Notes under the pieces: model-generated
Told to the model about the DNA's origin: nothing
The model's database searches: none
Seen by the model: the letters and a program-made list of their open reading frames with translations, nothing else
Part shown: one piece after another, positions 24,470 to 37,575 of the stretch
Position numbering within the stretch: the stretch's first letter is position 1
Layout of the letters: each line of letters opens with the position of its first letter
Translations under genes and position numbers: made by a program
Assembly (NCBI RefSeq): GCF_018350175.1
Contig: NC_058368.1
Span: 73,100,001-73,164,000, forward strand
Origin: Felis catus
Lineage: Eukaryota
Reading direction: 5' to 3'
DNA length: 64,000 bases

Positions 24470-26380
24470 TCAAGAGGCTGCAGTCAAGATGGTATCCCTA
24501 TTCAGAGCATGTGTTCTTTGAACGGGTGTCTGCCAGGACAAGCCAGGGAGCACAGGAGTAACGCTTACCAGCATTTAGTGACTCACCTTCATGCCCCACA
24601 CCCGTGTAACCCCCACACCTACGTAATCCTTGAACGGGGCTAAAATCTGGAAAAGAGCAATGCAAGATTTGATGAGGCCATGTTGATTATGCATGTTGAT
24701 TATGAACCCTTTAGGTAGTGAGACATCATTTCCTATTCCCTTTGTTCCCTCTACCAAATTCTTACCGAACTCTACATAAGAGACTCCCCATGAAAATGAG
24801 TAGGGTTGTATTCTAAAAAGCTTTTATCAAATATGGGCTCAATTCATAACCTGGGTGGTTTATACAGTTCAAACATACAGAAACTTGGGGCCATTCAAAA
24901 GTGTTAAAATTTTTTATTTTAATTTTTTTCAATTTTATTTTAATTTAATTTTTTATTTTCTGCTTGCCACACTATAGATAGAAAGGGCACCAATGTGCAA
25001 GCCAGAAGGGCAGAGTGCCCTTCTCTCCTTGTCTGCAAACAGCTGGATGACCTTGGGAAAACCTACCCATGCTATGAATTGCATCTGTCTTCAATTAAAT
25101 CACTGAATTGAAATCTATTGTTCTCGTATCTTTGATTCAGTATTAATCAGAAAAAGCAAATTCCTGTTGATTGCTAGAAAATTAAGTTATATAGACTATT
25201 TTAATTTCCCTAGCATAGATAAATAAGATGGTAAGGTATTTTAATTAACTTGGAGTTACCATATAATAATGATCAATTTTCAAGGAATTATAGTACAAAA
25301 AAATAATGTTTTTAACAATGCAACTACATCAGCATACAATTTTTAATGAATTTGAAGTTTAATACCCCCCAGGGTCATTATAAGTATAGATTTTCATTTA
25401 CTGGTGAATCTTGAAGTTAGTGGACAATTTTTGATAATTTCATGTACATGTGCATATGAGATTATGACAGGTAAAGGTCATTTGGACTACTGTCAAAATG
25501 TGCTTACATTTCACTGATTTTGATTAGGCCTCAATGTGTTTCCTAAAGCTGGGCAGGACATACTAAATACAAAATTATATCCCACATCTGATTCATAACC
25601 AGGAACATTCCAGTAGTTTGTGATACTGTAACTAATAAAAAAATCATGGTTCATCCTTATTAATTGGTTCAGAATAATTTATACCCCCTCCTCATCTCAC
25701 ATTTTAATTGTCTTCAAACCCAAAGGTTCGAACTGACCCGAAATTTCTAAAACTTTTTTCAACCCAAACCATACCAGGAACAGACCAAATTTCCTAAGGC
25801 AGATCCGGGCCAGAGTGGTCCAATCCAGGCAGGGTTAGATGGAGCCCAGGAATGTTGGGATCCAAAAGAAGCACCTAGGACACTAGGTGGCTCACCAAAC
25901 ACTTTCCCTTCCAGCATTCACTGGGATGAAAAGCTAATGGGCTGGAGTTATGCCTTCTAGGAAGAGCTTGAGTGTAACTTTTCTAAACACACCTACATAC
26001 TGCTTTCTAAATGTCGTGCCAACACTGACAGAGTATTGCCATGAAACTCCTTGAGCAGTTAACTCAGTGGCTTGATACTCACAATTTAGCAACTTTAAAC
26101 TGTAATTGCTTATAATTTGCTTTACCTCCAAGACTGAGTCCTCACCATGGTAATGGAGGAAATCAATAAAATATGCCCGGGCATGGAGTACAGGAACACA
26201 TTTATTACAAATAGGAAAGACCTATCAGGCCTGTCTGTCACAATGCCAATATATAATGTATCCCTGCGGCTTTGGGGATCCCATAACTGCCACGATTTTA
26301 ATGGTGGTGAGTCATGGGCATTTATGAAGATGGAATACTTCAGTGACTATGACTGGACCCTTGAGATGCACACACTCTTT

Positions 26381-26586
26381 TTTTTTTTTTAATTTTGAGA
26401 GAGACAGAGACAGAGTGTGAGTGGGGGAGGGGCAGAGAGAGAGAGAGAGAGACATAGAATCTGAAGCAGGCTCCAGGCTCCAAGATGTTAGCACAGAGTC
26501 TAATGTGGGGCTTAAACTTACAAACCACAAGATCATGACCTGAGCCAAAGTTGGATGCTTAACCCACTGAGCCACCCAGGTCCCCC
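26381..26586 (-). mobile_element. Can-SINE
   Basis: Antisense body flanked by cacacactcttt. Confidence 0.96.
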
Positions 26587-28289
26587 AGGACACACACACT
26601 CTTTAAAAAATTATCCACTTTGCCTAACATTTTAAGTCTACTCCTATTTATAAATAAAGGTTTGATTTAACATCTCCTTCCCTGCCCCCTGCATGATTTC
26701 CCTTAGGTGCAATTATCATGATTAACTTTGCAAAAGTAATGTAAAACAGAAGGCCACATGGAATTTCCAGAGTTTCAGAAGATTAATGCACTTGTTGTGT
26801 CATACTAAAACGTGCATGAATCATTCCTAAAACAGACAGTAAAACATGGGTTCTAACCCCAGATAGCTATTAAAGAAATGAATACACATCCATTCTCTTT
26901 CTGTTCAGTCTCTAACTCTTCCCAATTCATCTTCAAGCAAACAAACAAAACAAACAAACAAACAAAGCCCTCAATATGGGATATTAAAAACAAAACAAAA
27001 TAAAAGCTGGGGAAATGTTTTACTTTGACCTCTTCAGTCCTTGCTTTTCTCACAGATGGATCCTTATGCCAGCATTTCTTAACCAGGTAGGCAGCACAGA
27101 TGTGAAATACGACCCCTGTGGTCTCTGCCCATAACATCAGTTTGGTTCGCATTGACTCCATTGATTTTTTCTATTTTTTTTTCCCAAGTACAGGGTTAAA
27201 AAAGTTGCTGCAATGTCAATTTATGAATTATTGTTAATACCGCGTCAGCATTTGACATATTCCACTATATGAGAAATACTGAGAAAACTGCTACACGTCA
27301 GTCTGAGACCTTTTGAGCTGCATTAGTCACAGATTTCCCTAAGAATACCTGGAATTCTGAGTCTTCAAACGAGAACAGGATCACAGGTAGTTACAAAGGA
27401 GTTATAAAATCTTGTTTTCTATACTTCATTAACTTGCTCCTTTTTATTTTGTTTCCTGTCTTTATTGCTGATGAATAAGCTAACTGAGTACACTTAAAAG
27501 GTCTGTTTCATAATTTACATATGAATTATCTAATTAAAAAATACATTAAAAGCTGGTTTAATATTCATAAAGTATTGATACGACATTGGTAAGGACAAAA
27601 ACCTTATCTTCGAGTCAAGTTGATATCATATTATTTGTACTGTAATCTAGATTAAATTTACCAAGAGTCTTTTCTTTTTAAAAATTCTATCAATATAAGC
27701 AGTAAGTCCTTACCAGACATCTATTTTTTTTTAACTTCGAGCATTAAAAAAGATACATGGCCTACCATAACCGATATTTTATCAATAATCAAGGGAAAAA
27801 ATACTGGAATAAGACTAACCTCCTAGTAGCAATAAAATGTTTTACCTATGGGGGACTTAAATTCAGGTTCTGATGTTAATTTGCCACTCTTTCACGTGTT
27901 ACATACAACTGAAGGAAACAAATTTAGTCCAGATCAGTGATTACTTCACGGAGCCTTCAAACTACCACTCAGCGGGACCTTAAGTGAGTTACATAGTATA
28001 AGAATCTTCAAAGGATCCCAATGCGCAGCCCATGCATGTGTGCTATGTGTGTGTGTTGCTGTATGGGAGCATATGCATATGTTCAAAGGCATTACCATAT
28101 TTACCATTGGCTGATGTTATGGGCCAAACAGAGACATGATAGTATTTTTACACCCAAGGACTATACACATAGCTATTAAATTCACTGTGCCCAATGCTAT
28201 ATCTCACTCTGAGATAAAGGTGGAAAGGAGCGGTATACCTAAGAGAATGGAGGTTGAGAGCTGTGTCTCTATTGTCCCACATACAACAC

Positions 28290-28790
28290 TTATAAGAGCC
28301 TGCTGGTGTCATCATTAGGAACTTGGGCTCTGGGGCCAGTCTGTCTGAGTTCAAAATTGGGCTCCACCATTTACTCAGTGTGTCCCCTTGAGTCACTTAT
28401 ATGACATTTATAAAAATCTCACCAAACCCCAGTTTCTTCATCTGTAAAATGGGCTTTCTTTTCACTCATTCAAAAAACACATATTCAGTGATTTATATGT
28501 GCCAAGCACTATTCTCCATGCTGGGTGTAGTCCAGTGAACCATACAGATGCTATTTCTTCTCTCAAGAAGCTTTCATGAGGATGGGAGCAGACCATGGAT
28601 GCAAAGTCTTTAGCACAGTGGCTGGAACAGAGCAGGCCCTCGATAAACGTCACTTAATAGGATTATTATTTGGCCAGGTACCAGATACCATGCAAGACAC
28701 TCGCGCACATGATCTCCAGTCTGCAAAATTAACCCAGCTTCATGTGTGAGGAAACTGAGGTTAAATGAGGTGTGGTGTTTGCCCATTCCA
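28290..28790. mobile_element. MIR (+) interrupted by an antisense L2 3' end, followed by a second MIR (-)
   Basis: gggctctggggccagtctgtctgagttcaaa...cagtttcttcatctgtaaaatggg; then cactcattcaaaaaacacatattcag...gtgccaagcact; then gaggaaactgaggtt. Confidence 0.65.
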
Positions 28791-29289
28791 GCTCTTTCTT
28801 TTTTCTCCGTAAAAGACAGATACTACTCTTCTATATGAGAAACCCTGTGTGTTCTAAGCACATTACAAATATTAACACATTTCAATAATAGCTCATTAAA
28901 ATCCACCATTTTTTTCACTCTACCACATTATTTGGTAATCATTAATTGATATTTATCAATTTCTAATTTGATATATATAATTGTCATATGTGTTATTTCT
29001 GCTGATAATTTTAGAAATAGTAAAGGTAAATTTTTTAAAACTTTACTGATTCTCAACCCAATATCATAAATACACAGACACCCAGCACAGTCATAAATTA
29101 AAAAAAACAAAGAAAAAAAACAGGAAATATCTTTGACATCAAAGTACATCAAAGAGAAAATGCTTAAAGGAAATGGAAGTAACCTGAAAAAAGGAAACAG
29201 GGCCAGATTTCCACAAACAGCTCTCAAATATCACCAGCAGAAACAAGGAATAAAGGACGTCAGAGAAAGATGAAAGGGTTATACTGGGT

Positions 29290-29465
29290 TTTTTTTTTTA
29301 ATGTTTATTTATTTTTGAGACAGAGAGAGAGCACAAGCAAGGGAGGGGCAGAGAGGGAGAGGGAGACACAGAACCTGAAACAGGCAGGGCTCGAACTCCC
29401 GAACTGCGAGATCATGACCTGAGCCGAAGTCGGACACTTAACCGACTGAGCCACCCAGGTGCCCC
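29290..29465 (-). mobile_element. Can-SINE with internal deletion
   Basis: Antisense body lacking the tccaggctctgagctgtcagcacagagc segment seen in neighbouring copies. TSD ggttatactgg. Confidence 0.95.
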
Positions 29466-29569
29466 AGGTTATACTGGTTTTTAATCATACCTGGAATTAT
29501 TTTTTTCCAAAGAATTTTGAAAAGGAGCAAAAAGCATCCAATCAGATCAAGATTACCAACAGAAGAAAG

Positions 29570-29571
29570 TG

Positions 29572-29636
<65 letters not shown>

Positions 29637-29765
29637 ATATATGCGTACGTATGTATGTACGTATATACATATATGTATACATATGTATATACGTACATAC
29701 GTACATACATACATACGTATACACGTATATATGTGTATGTATACATGTATACACATATATACATG
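29570..29765. repeat. Compound (TA)n(TG)n(TATG)n/(TACA)n alternating purine-pyrimidine tract
   Basis: Read directly. Confidence 0.98.
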
Positions 29766-30089
29766 TTTTTTTAAGAAAAATATTACAAGGAAATAATTTT
29801 TATCTCTTGTTGACAAGAAACGCTATTGACAGTCCACACAGGACCGCTTTGGGCCATTCCCAGACAGATGCCTCGCTTGGATAAGATCTTCCTTCTGAGG
29901 CTGTCTCCATCACACTCTCTTCCATTCTGCCCCTCAGCTATCCTGGCAGCCCTGGTACTTACCTGAATGTGCAGCCAGCTGCTCTCTGGCTGTTACCCTC
30001 ACCCGGAATCTGTTTTCCAGATCCTGTCCTGGTGAATGCCATTACCTTCTTGGAGAGACATACCCCAACATTACCATTTAAAATCTGCA

Positions 30090-30300
30090 GAGTGCCTGGG
30101 TGGCTCAGTTGGTTGAGTGTCCTGACTCTTGATTTCAGCTCAGGTCACGATCTCATGGTTCATGAGATCGAGCCATGCATTGGGCTCTGCTCTGAGAGCA
30201 CGGAGCCTGCTTGGGACTCTCTCTGTCTCTCTCTCTCTCTCTCTGCCTCTCACCTGCTCTCTTTCTCTCTCTCTCTCTGTCTCTCAAAATAAACAAACTT
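30090..30300 (+). mobile_element. Can-SINE, first unit of a tandem pair
   Basis: Head gagtgcctgggtggctcagttggttgag, (CT)n tract, short A tail. Confidence 0.95.
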
Positions 30301-30302
30301 TG

Positions 30303-30520
30303 TGGGGAGCAGTTGGTTAAGCGTCAACTTTGGATCAGGTCACGATCTCGCAGTTCATGAGTTCAGGTCTGCGTCGGGCTCTGGGCTGACAGTGTGGAGC
30401 CTGCTCGAGATTCTCTCTCCCTCTCTCTCTCTGCCCCTCTCCTGCTCTCACTCGAACTCTCTCAAAAATAAACAAACATTAAAATTTAAGCAAATAAATA
30501 GACTTTTTAAAAAATTAAAA
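30303..30520 (+). mobile_element. Can-SINE, second unit with partly deleted head
   Basis: ggggagcagttggttaagcgtc... body, (CT)n tract and A-rich tail directly after the first unit. Confidence 0.93.
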
Positions 30521-32739
30521 ATTTACAACCTCATCCTCACTCAGCACTCCTAATCCTACCTACCCTGCTTTCCTTTGTTTCATAACTCTGCCATCCTCTA
30601 TCACACCAGATACTATACTTTACTATGTTTGCTTTTCATTTTGCCTATCCTCACCTCCTCCCACCAGATGCCTACTCCAAATTGAATATAGGCTCAATGG
30701 AGCAGATTTTTTTTTTTTGCTTTTGTCCACCTGTTCATTGGTGCACACTGAGTGTATATAAACAGTACTTAGTGTAAACAAACAAAGAGTATTCAATAAA
30801 TCTAAAATGCCAATTTTTTTTCATACTTGCTCCAACGGCCACAGGTGATGCTTCAAAGCAAAAACAAAATAAAACAAAATAAAAAAATAGTCCTTGTACT
30901 TTTGGTTGAGCTTTCTTGAGAGAAAAGGAAACTTATACTCACTGTTGTTAATGGGATTGAAATGTGAAATGATCCGCAGCCACTCAGAGTATTGTTTAAT
31001 TCAAGTTTTAGAGCATAATCTCAAATAACAAATGCAAAACGTAAAGAATAAGCCCAGAGGCTCGGAGCAAATAATCAACATATCAAATGCAAATGATTGA
31101 AGAATAGAAACTTCACTGAAATTAGGGCAATGAAAATATTTTTTAATGTCATTTAAGATGCTAGAGCTACAAACTTCACAATGCCAAAGCAAAAACAAAA
31201 CAAAAACTCAGTATAATCAGGCCAAACTTAGGAGAGAATTACTGCATTGTCTAAGTTACAGGTAAATAAATAAAAACTTAAAGAAGAATATTGACCCCCT
31301 TCTAATGATTTCTTTAGACTTGTAAGTTATTGTCCGGGGACAAGTTAATGATTAGCCAACAGGTGGGGAATAGGCATACCTAGCACCGTCTTCTCATCGC
31401 CGACAGGAGCCAGAAGTACTCAACTCTCATCACATTGGTTATGAAGCAGGGTTGGGTAACAGGAGGGACAGGCACACAAGAAAACCACTCAAAGTGACTA
31501 TAAAGTATTTTAAATTCGATATGCTACATAAATCCTACATTTTAAATAAAAACGGGAAGGGAGAAAACACTAAGGGAATGAATGGTCCTGGGTCCTAGAG
31601 ATTGTGACAAGAAAAGAAGTCTAAAGTAAAGACTTTAGTAAGACTAAAAAGATAAACTACACACCTGTAGAAGGTGAATGGAACAAAAAGTCAGGGTAAT
31701 AATCCCAATCATTCCTCCACACACAGTGGACCTCAAGTTTCTGTTAAACCATAATAATAGGTCAACCTAGCCTAGGATAAACACAGCAAAATCTAACAGC
31801 TCCAACTAAAGAAAGTTAAGTAGATAATTAGCCTCCCAGCATCTGTGCTCACAATTCAAGGAATCTTCATCAAAATAAAGTCGAAGAATGCCAGGCAATC
31901 CGCATGTCAGCTTAGGAAGGCTTCCGGGTCCTCCAAAATCACATAAATTATTTCTTTGCCTTCAGTAACATTGATGTTAATACAAAATTGTGCACACAAC
32001 CCCTCACATTTGGCTGCTTTGTGATATGTCTGTTACAATCCAAAGGTTCAGACTATTTGGGAGGAGAGGGGTAAGGAGGGGAGCTGCTGAGAACAACATG
32101 AAGGCACTTCAAAATCAACACTAGTAATTATGGTTATCTCACAGAAGCTCTTGTATCAATCTATGATGTATGGCAAAGTGTCCGTGAAATTACTAAGAGA
32201 TGTCTCCAATGAAAACGATTCTCTTAATTTAAATAAATATGTCCAGGTAGCCAACTCACTTCTATGAATGCCTTTTATATGGTCTTTTATCTGATAGTAC
32301 AACGGTAGTTACCCTGAGAACAGAGATTGGGCTGATTTCCAAATAAATAAATAAATAAATAAATTATAAGCAAAAGGCAGCATAAAGGCAACTGGAAGGA
32401 TCAACAAAAAAATCTAGAACAGCCACCAGGATGTGATCCAAGGATCTATGACCCAGGAAGAGCCTCTCTTCACCAACATGGGTAAAAAGTTAAGAGGACA
32501 TTTCATGAGCTTCCTCCCTATTTTCACCAATCAGAGAGTCTCCTGTCTCCTGTTGTCCATTCCCCCTTCTAGAGTTGAAGGCAATGAAGTTCAACTGCTT
32601 CATTCTATACTTGAATTGTAACATCAAGAAATGTTTGCCATTCATTCAAGTTAATAATCTTAAAAGTTGAAGACTTTCACAAGGACTTTATCAATCCATT
32701 CATCTATTCATTTATTGATCAAAAGTATTTTGATACTTT

Positions 32740-32929
32740 GGGGGCACCTGGGTGGCTCAGTCAGTTAAGCATCAGACCAGCTTAGGTCATGATCTCACAG
32801 TTCTTGAGTTCAAGCCCCACACTGGATGAGATCGAGTGCCCCTTTGGTCTCCACGCTGACAGTGCAGAGCCTCTCTCTCTCTCTCCCTCCCTCTCTCTCT
32901 GCCCCTCGCTCACTTGCACCCTCTCTCGA

Positions 32930-32965
<36 letters not shown>

Positions 32966-32995
32966 GAAAAAGAAAAAACAACAAAAAATGAAAAC
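32740..32995 (+). mobile_element. Can-SINE with internal rearrangement and (GAAA)n tail
   Basis: Standard head. The B-box region appears twice (gagttcaagccccacactgg; gagatcgagtgcccctttgg). (GAAA)n tail. Confidence 0.93.
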
Positions 32996-33379
32996 AATAA
33001 CAAGTGTTTTGAACATGTACCATATGTGAACATTGTGAAAAGTACTACAGAGCTTCCCCAAAATCATTCTTTGCAGGTGGCTGTAAAATTCTGTTAATGG
33101 TCTGACAAAAATGGGTGAAATCTGTCCCCCAGATTGAATGTTCTGTCTTCCATATTTCTAGGTAAACTGACCTCTAAATATGTTGTTATCTCTCCCCTCC
33201 CCCGTGCCCCCCTCCCCTTATAGATAATAGGTTTGCAGTTAATTGTCGTACGTTTGTTATCCTTTGTGATTTTCTTCCTTTGTGAGCACAGACTGCTACA
33301 GGGGAGAGATCTGCAGTTGCACAGCTGGGCGTCCTCACAAATGAAGAAAACAAGGTCCTTGGTATAAATGCCTAGTATA

Positions 33380-36080
33380 AATTAAGAGTGCTCTCTAACA
33401 CTGCTCATGTTCTAGGAGTTAGAAGAGCATTCCAGATATCCTGGTGCTCCAAGTGAAACTGATTTTCAACAAGCCTTAACACCCTTGCTTGCAGTAACAG
33501 GAAAACCCCAAAGCCTATATGCTCTTGACAGACCTCCCTCCCTCCTCTCATCACACCCAGCCTCACCACTGCCATCTGCCTGGAGCCATGGCACCTAATT
33601 TGATTTTCCACGTTTAGGAAGCCCAGAACTTCCAGTTCATTCCGTCTCTGGGACTGCCGTCCCACCCGGCTCTCCACCTGGTGGCCCTACCCACCATGCC
33701 CCAACTCCAGAAACCCTCCCACTGTGTCCACCCTAGCTCAGTATCCGTGCTGATGAGCACAACCCCTTCTTGCTCAAACCCTTCTCTGACTCTTCCCACT
33801 TAGCTTTTTGCTCCAAACTGAGAGCTGGCTCTCCTCTGAGGGCTCCACTCCTTCTTAGCCCTGGGAGTGAAGGCTGCTTCCTTTTACGCACCATCCAAAG
33901 GAAGGTGCCAAAAGCAAGGTTGGTGTTCTCCTCTCTGCCAGATGATTCTACCTTCCCTCCCTTCCCAAAAGACCCACAGCTCCTCAGGATGGCTTGTGAG
34001 CAAGACTCAGTGTGAGCAGACTGTTCTCCCTTAAAATGTATTGACAACCTGCTCCTTATAATCATTGCTGACCCGTGGCCATGACTCCTCTGTTGTTGGA
34101 GTTCTTTAACTTTTTAACTTGCCATCAATCTCAAGAAAACCTGAAATCGGGGCACCTTTTCAGGTAGCTGATTTAGAGATTTAAGCATCAGTGCTTTAAG
34201 CATCCAACTCTTGATCTTGGCTCAGCTCATGATCTCACAGTTTGTGAGATCGAGCCCCCAATCACTCTGTGCTGACGGTGAGGACCCTGCTTGGGATTCT
34301 CTCTCTCCCTCTCACTCTGCCCCTCCCCTACTCTCTCTCTCTCTCTCTCTGTCTCTCTCAGAATAAACTTAAAAAATAAAATATTTTTTAAAAAAGAAAA
34401 TTTGAAATAATTATTGGTGACTTCCCTTTCCAGGTAACTGTGGTCTTTCAGGCCCTTGCACCTTTTCCCCAATGACTCTGCTCCCCACCCCACCTCAGTT
34501 GCTCAGACCTATGTTTCTAGCCAGGAAGACTTCACCATCAAGCATCCCACTGCCAGCTCCTTTTTCCCACCTCAGTCCCTCACCCTCAGGCCCTCCCAGG
34601 GCTTACATTCCATGGATCTCATCACCCACCCTCCACATCCTCACTTCCTACCTTTCCAGCTTCAATTTCATAATTATTACCTCTTTCTTTTTCTTTAAGT
34701 GTATACTTTATTGAACTGGTCTCAAGTCAGTGTACAGGTGAGCCCTGACTGCCTCTACACCTCAACCCTACTCCCAGGGAGACCAAAAGCCTCTACATTT
34801 CAAGTTGGGGAAACTAAAAGAAGGACCACGATGGCAGACCATTCAAAATAAAACAAAAAGAACGAGTATTCAAGTGAAGATTTAAAAAAGTTTGGACTAC
34901 ATAATTTATACAAAAACAGCGCTCTGGCCCTTCCCTATGTGGACTTAGGCAAAGACTGGCCCTTCTCCTCAGGGAGAAATGGCTGCTTTGGGGAAGGCAA
35001 GGGATTTCCTGTAAGAATGCATCTCACAACATTCAGAATGACTGCTAAAAAAAAAAAAAAAAGAAGAAGAACAATTTACCATCAGAGTCCTCGGCCACAT
35101 TGTAGACCTCTTTATTACACTCTTCCAGCAAAACCCTGACCACATTTAAACCCAACTTCCCATCTGCTCTGTGCACCCTGATCCGGTGAGATGCATGCTT
35201 GCCCCCCAGAAATAACACTCTAAATGCACAACCGCAAACCCCAAGGGGACCCTTAAAGCTGGCAGGCAATGAAACTGTGGAGATGTGCTCTGGTCACTCT
35301 CCCACTCTTCCAGAGGACAGCTCTCGCTGTTCCCTCCTCGGGCTTCCAACATAGCCTCCCCGTCCGCACCCTCAGCTCAAGATCTGACTTTGCCATTTCC
35401 ATGAGGAAACAGGAGCAATCAGAAGAGAAGGCCCTCGACCCCTACACGTTCATCCCTCGGTCGGCCAGCACCATGCTTCCCTCCTATTTTCCACATTCCG
35501 GTCTGAGATCAAGATGCCCCCTTCCGGACTAGGCCCCATCCCATCTTCTCTGCTCTGGAACACTGGGGGGATCAATTCTCACATCTCACTCCTGCATCAG
35601 CAACCAACTTCCCTTCTCTACTACACTGTCACATTTAGCGACTGATCACACACTGATAAAAAATAAAATCTTCACAAATAAAAGATCTCACACCCTTCCT
35701 GACCCAAGACCAATTTGTTGGCCCGTGACTCCAAGTAGTTGTCTCTACTGCTGCTCCCTCTGGTTCCGGTCTCTTCCTGGTTTCTCATGCCTCTGCTCCA
35801 GTGTGACCTTCTCAGCAAGGCCTTCCCAACTGCCTTACTCAAAAGTACCTGGCCCATGTGCAGGCCCATCACTTCCAACTCCCTCCTCTGCTTCTCTGTT
35901 CTCTGAGCTCCTGTCACCATGCCTTCTCATGTGGCATCCTCAACATTCCACCCACTTCTTCACTCACCTTCTCACCTGTAAGAACAACAGTCCCATAAGA
36001 TCAGGATTGTCTACTTTATTCTCTGCTTTCCTGGCATCCCAAGCAGTAATGTGCCAATAAACATGTGGTGAATAAATGAG
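33380..36080 (+). mobile_element. Long, highly decayed L2 LINE remnant (possibly several pieces)
   Basis: C/T-rich L2-like sequence ending in the typical L2 3' end (gccaataaacatgtggtgaataaatgag). Internal boundaries uncertain. Confidence 0.55.
34149..34393 (+). mobile_element. Can-SINE with disrupted 5' head
   Basis: ggggcacct, then foreign sequence, then ttaagcatccaactcttgat... body. TSD aagaaaa(cc/tt)tgaaat. Confidence 0.92.
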
Positions 36081-36094
36081 TGGGTTGGGGAGAA

Positions 36095-36285
36095 TTACAG
36101 CAAAGTGATTAAGAGTGAGGATTTGGAAGCACACAGTCCTCAATTTAAAACAGCAGCATCGAGTGCTTGGACATGTCGTTTCACCTTGCTGCAGCTCGGT
36201 GTTATTTTCTGTAAAATGTGGATAATCAACTGTGCCACAGCGTCATTAAAATGAGTAAACAAAATGTTCTATGTAAAACAGTCAG
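36095..36285 (+). mobile_element. MIR SINE
   Basis: cagcaaagtgattaagagt...ctcggtgttattttctgtaaaatgtggataat. Confidence 0.65.
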
Positions 36286-37449
36286 CAAAATCCTTGGAAC
36301 ACAGCAAACAACCTACAGACAAACGGCCACCTTTGAACATTATCCCCGACCAGAAGATACAAAGCAGTTCGAATGATTATATTCTGAACTGGTCTGTTTT
36401 CTAATACTTTAATATCCCAAGGCCCCAAAAAGACATAGTTCCAGTTTATGCAATTTAACAGAGATGTTGGCATAATCCCAGTACCTTGGGCCCTGAATAC
36501 AAATGTCATTCTACTCCATCACATATGTGCCTCATCAGCTTGTATTTATTAGCTAAACTTTCGCCTCATTATTATACATTCACATTTCACTAGGCCCTGA
36601 GGACAATGGCTCATGATGCTGCTGATGTGTGCCTGCACACACACCCGAAATGGCACAGAAAATCAGGACAGTGATACGAAGCCTGGCTTGTTCGCAACAT
36701 GGGACCCAAAGCAAAATGCACTCAACTGTTTAAAATAACTGAACCCTTCCTTTGATCACTGCATCAGAGAGGGACGTTGCAGCATTATTTCTCATGCCAT
36801 CTTCAAGAACAAGGTGAAGCAGAAATAAGCAAAACACAGTGTGATGAACATAGCTACATGAAATGCACAATGAAGGATTTTCAGGGTTGAAATGTGTTTT
36901 TCATGTATAATTGATTAAAGGGTGATGGAGAGCATCAAGAAAGTCTGGAGCTGGTAGCACAACATCCTCGATTTATGAACGAGGAAACCGAGGAGGTCCG
37001 TTGAGCTTATGTGAGGAGAAGGGGCACTAAGAAAATGCTTCCCTGTGGAAAGAAGAGTAACTTCCACAGATCAAATCCCCCAGAGGAGACAGGCAGGCAG
37101 CATAATGGAATAGAAAGGTCACAGAAATAGCAACGAGCGTGGCATCCGGTATAATAAATATTTGTGCGAGAACTGAACTAAGTGACCTGAATTCTGGTCA
37201 CGGTTCTGCCCAAATACTCCTTGAATGAGCTCCTTCACCTCTTTGGTCTCATTTTCCTCATCTTTGTACTTACATCACAATCGGGAGGCTCCACCAACTT
37301 ACAGGCATGTGAGGTGGCTGACTGTCATTGGGAGGGTAGGAAAAAATAGAAGAGAGATTTTCTAAGTTTTTTGCACTAAGACTCACAGGGATGTTCTGAG
37401 ATATCAAAGCCTAAAGGGCACATTCCATTTCCATAAATAGAAAATAAAT

Positions 37450-37575
37450 AGGGACACCTGGCTGGCTCATTTGGAAGAGCATGTGACTCTGGATATCAGG
37501 ATTGTAAGTTCAAGCCCCACATTGGGTGTAGAGATTACTTAAAAATACAATACTTAAAAAGAAAAAGGAAAAGAA
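37450..37575 (+). mobile_element. Short tRNA-Lys-like carnivore SINE (no CT tract)
   Basis: gggacacctggctggctcatttggaagagcatgtgactctggat...gttcaagccccacattgggtgtagagattactt plus A tail. Flanked by aaaataaata. Confidence 0.88.

Noticed and set aside
29438..29884. Cluster of overlapping 70-141 aa ORFs rich in Y/I/V/C/M/H/T
   Set aside because: Translation of the TA/TG microsatellite, which lacks stop codons.
29950..30030. Perfect minus-strand donor CAG|gtaagt
   Set aside because: Embedded in L2-like sequence with no convincing acceptor or frame.
33673..33687. CTCF-like CCACCAGGTGG on the minus strand
   Set aside because: Mismatch at the conserved GGC position and lies within decayed L2-like DNA; not distinguishable from chance.
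37450..37530. Possible tRNA-Lys gene
   Set aside because: Diverged stems, followed by gtagagattactt and an A tail with flanking repeats: a tRNA-derived SINE, not a tRNA.
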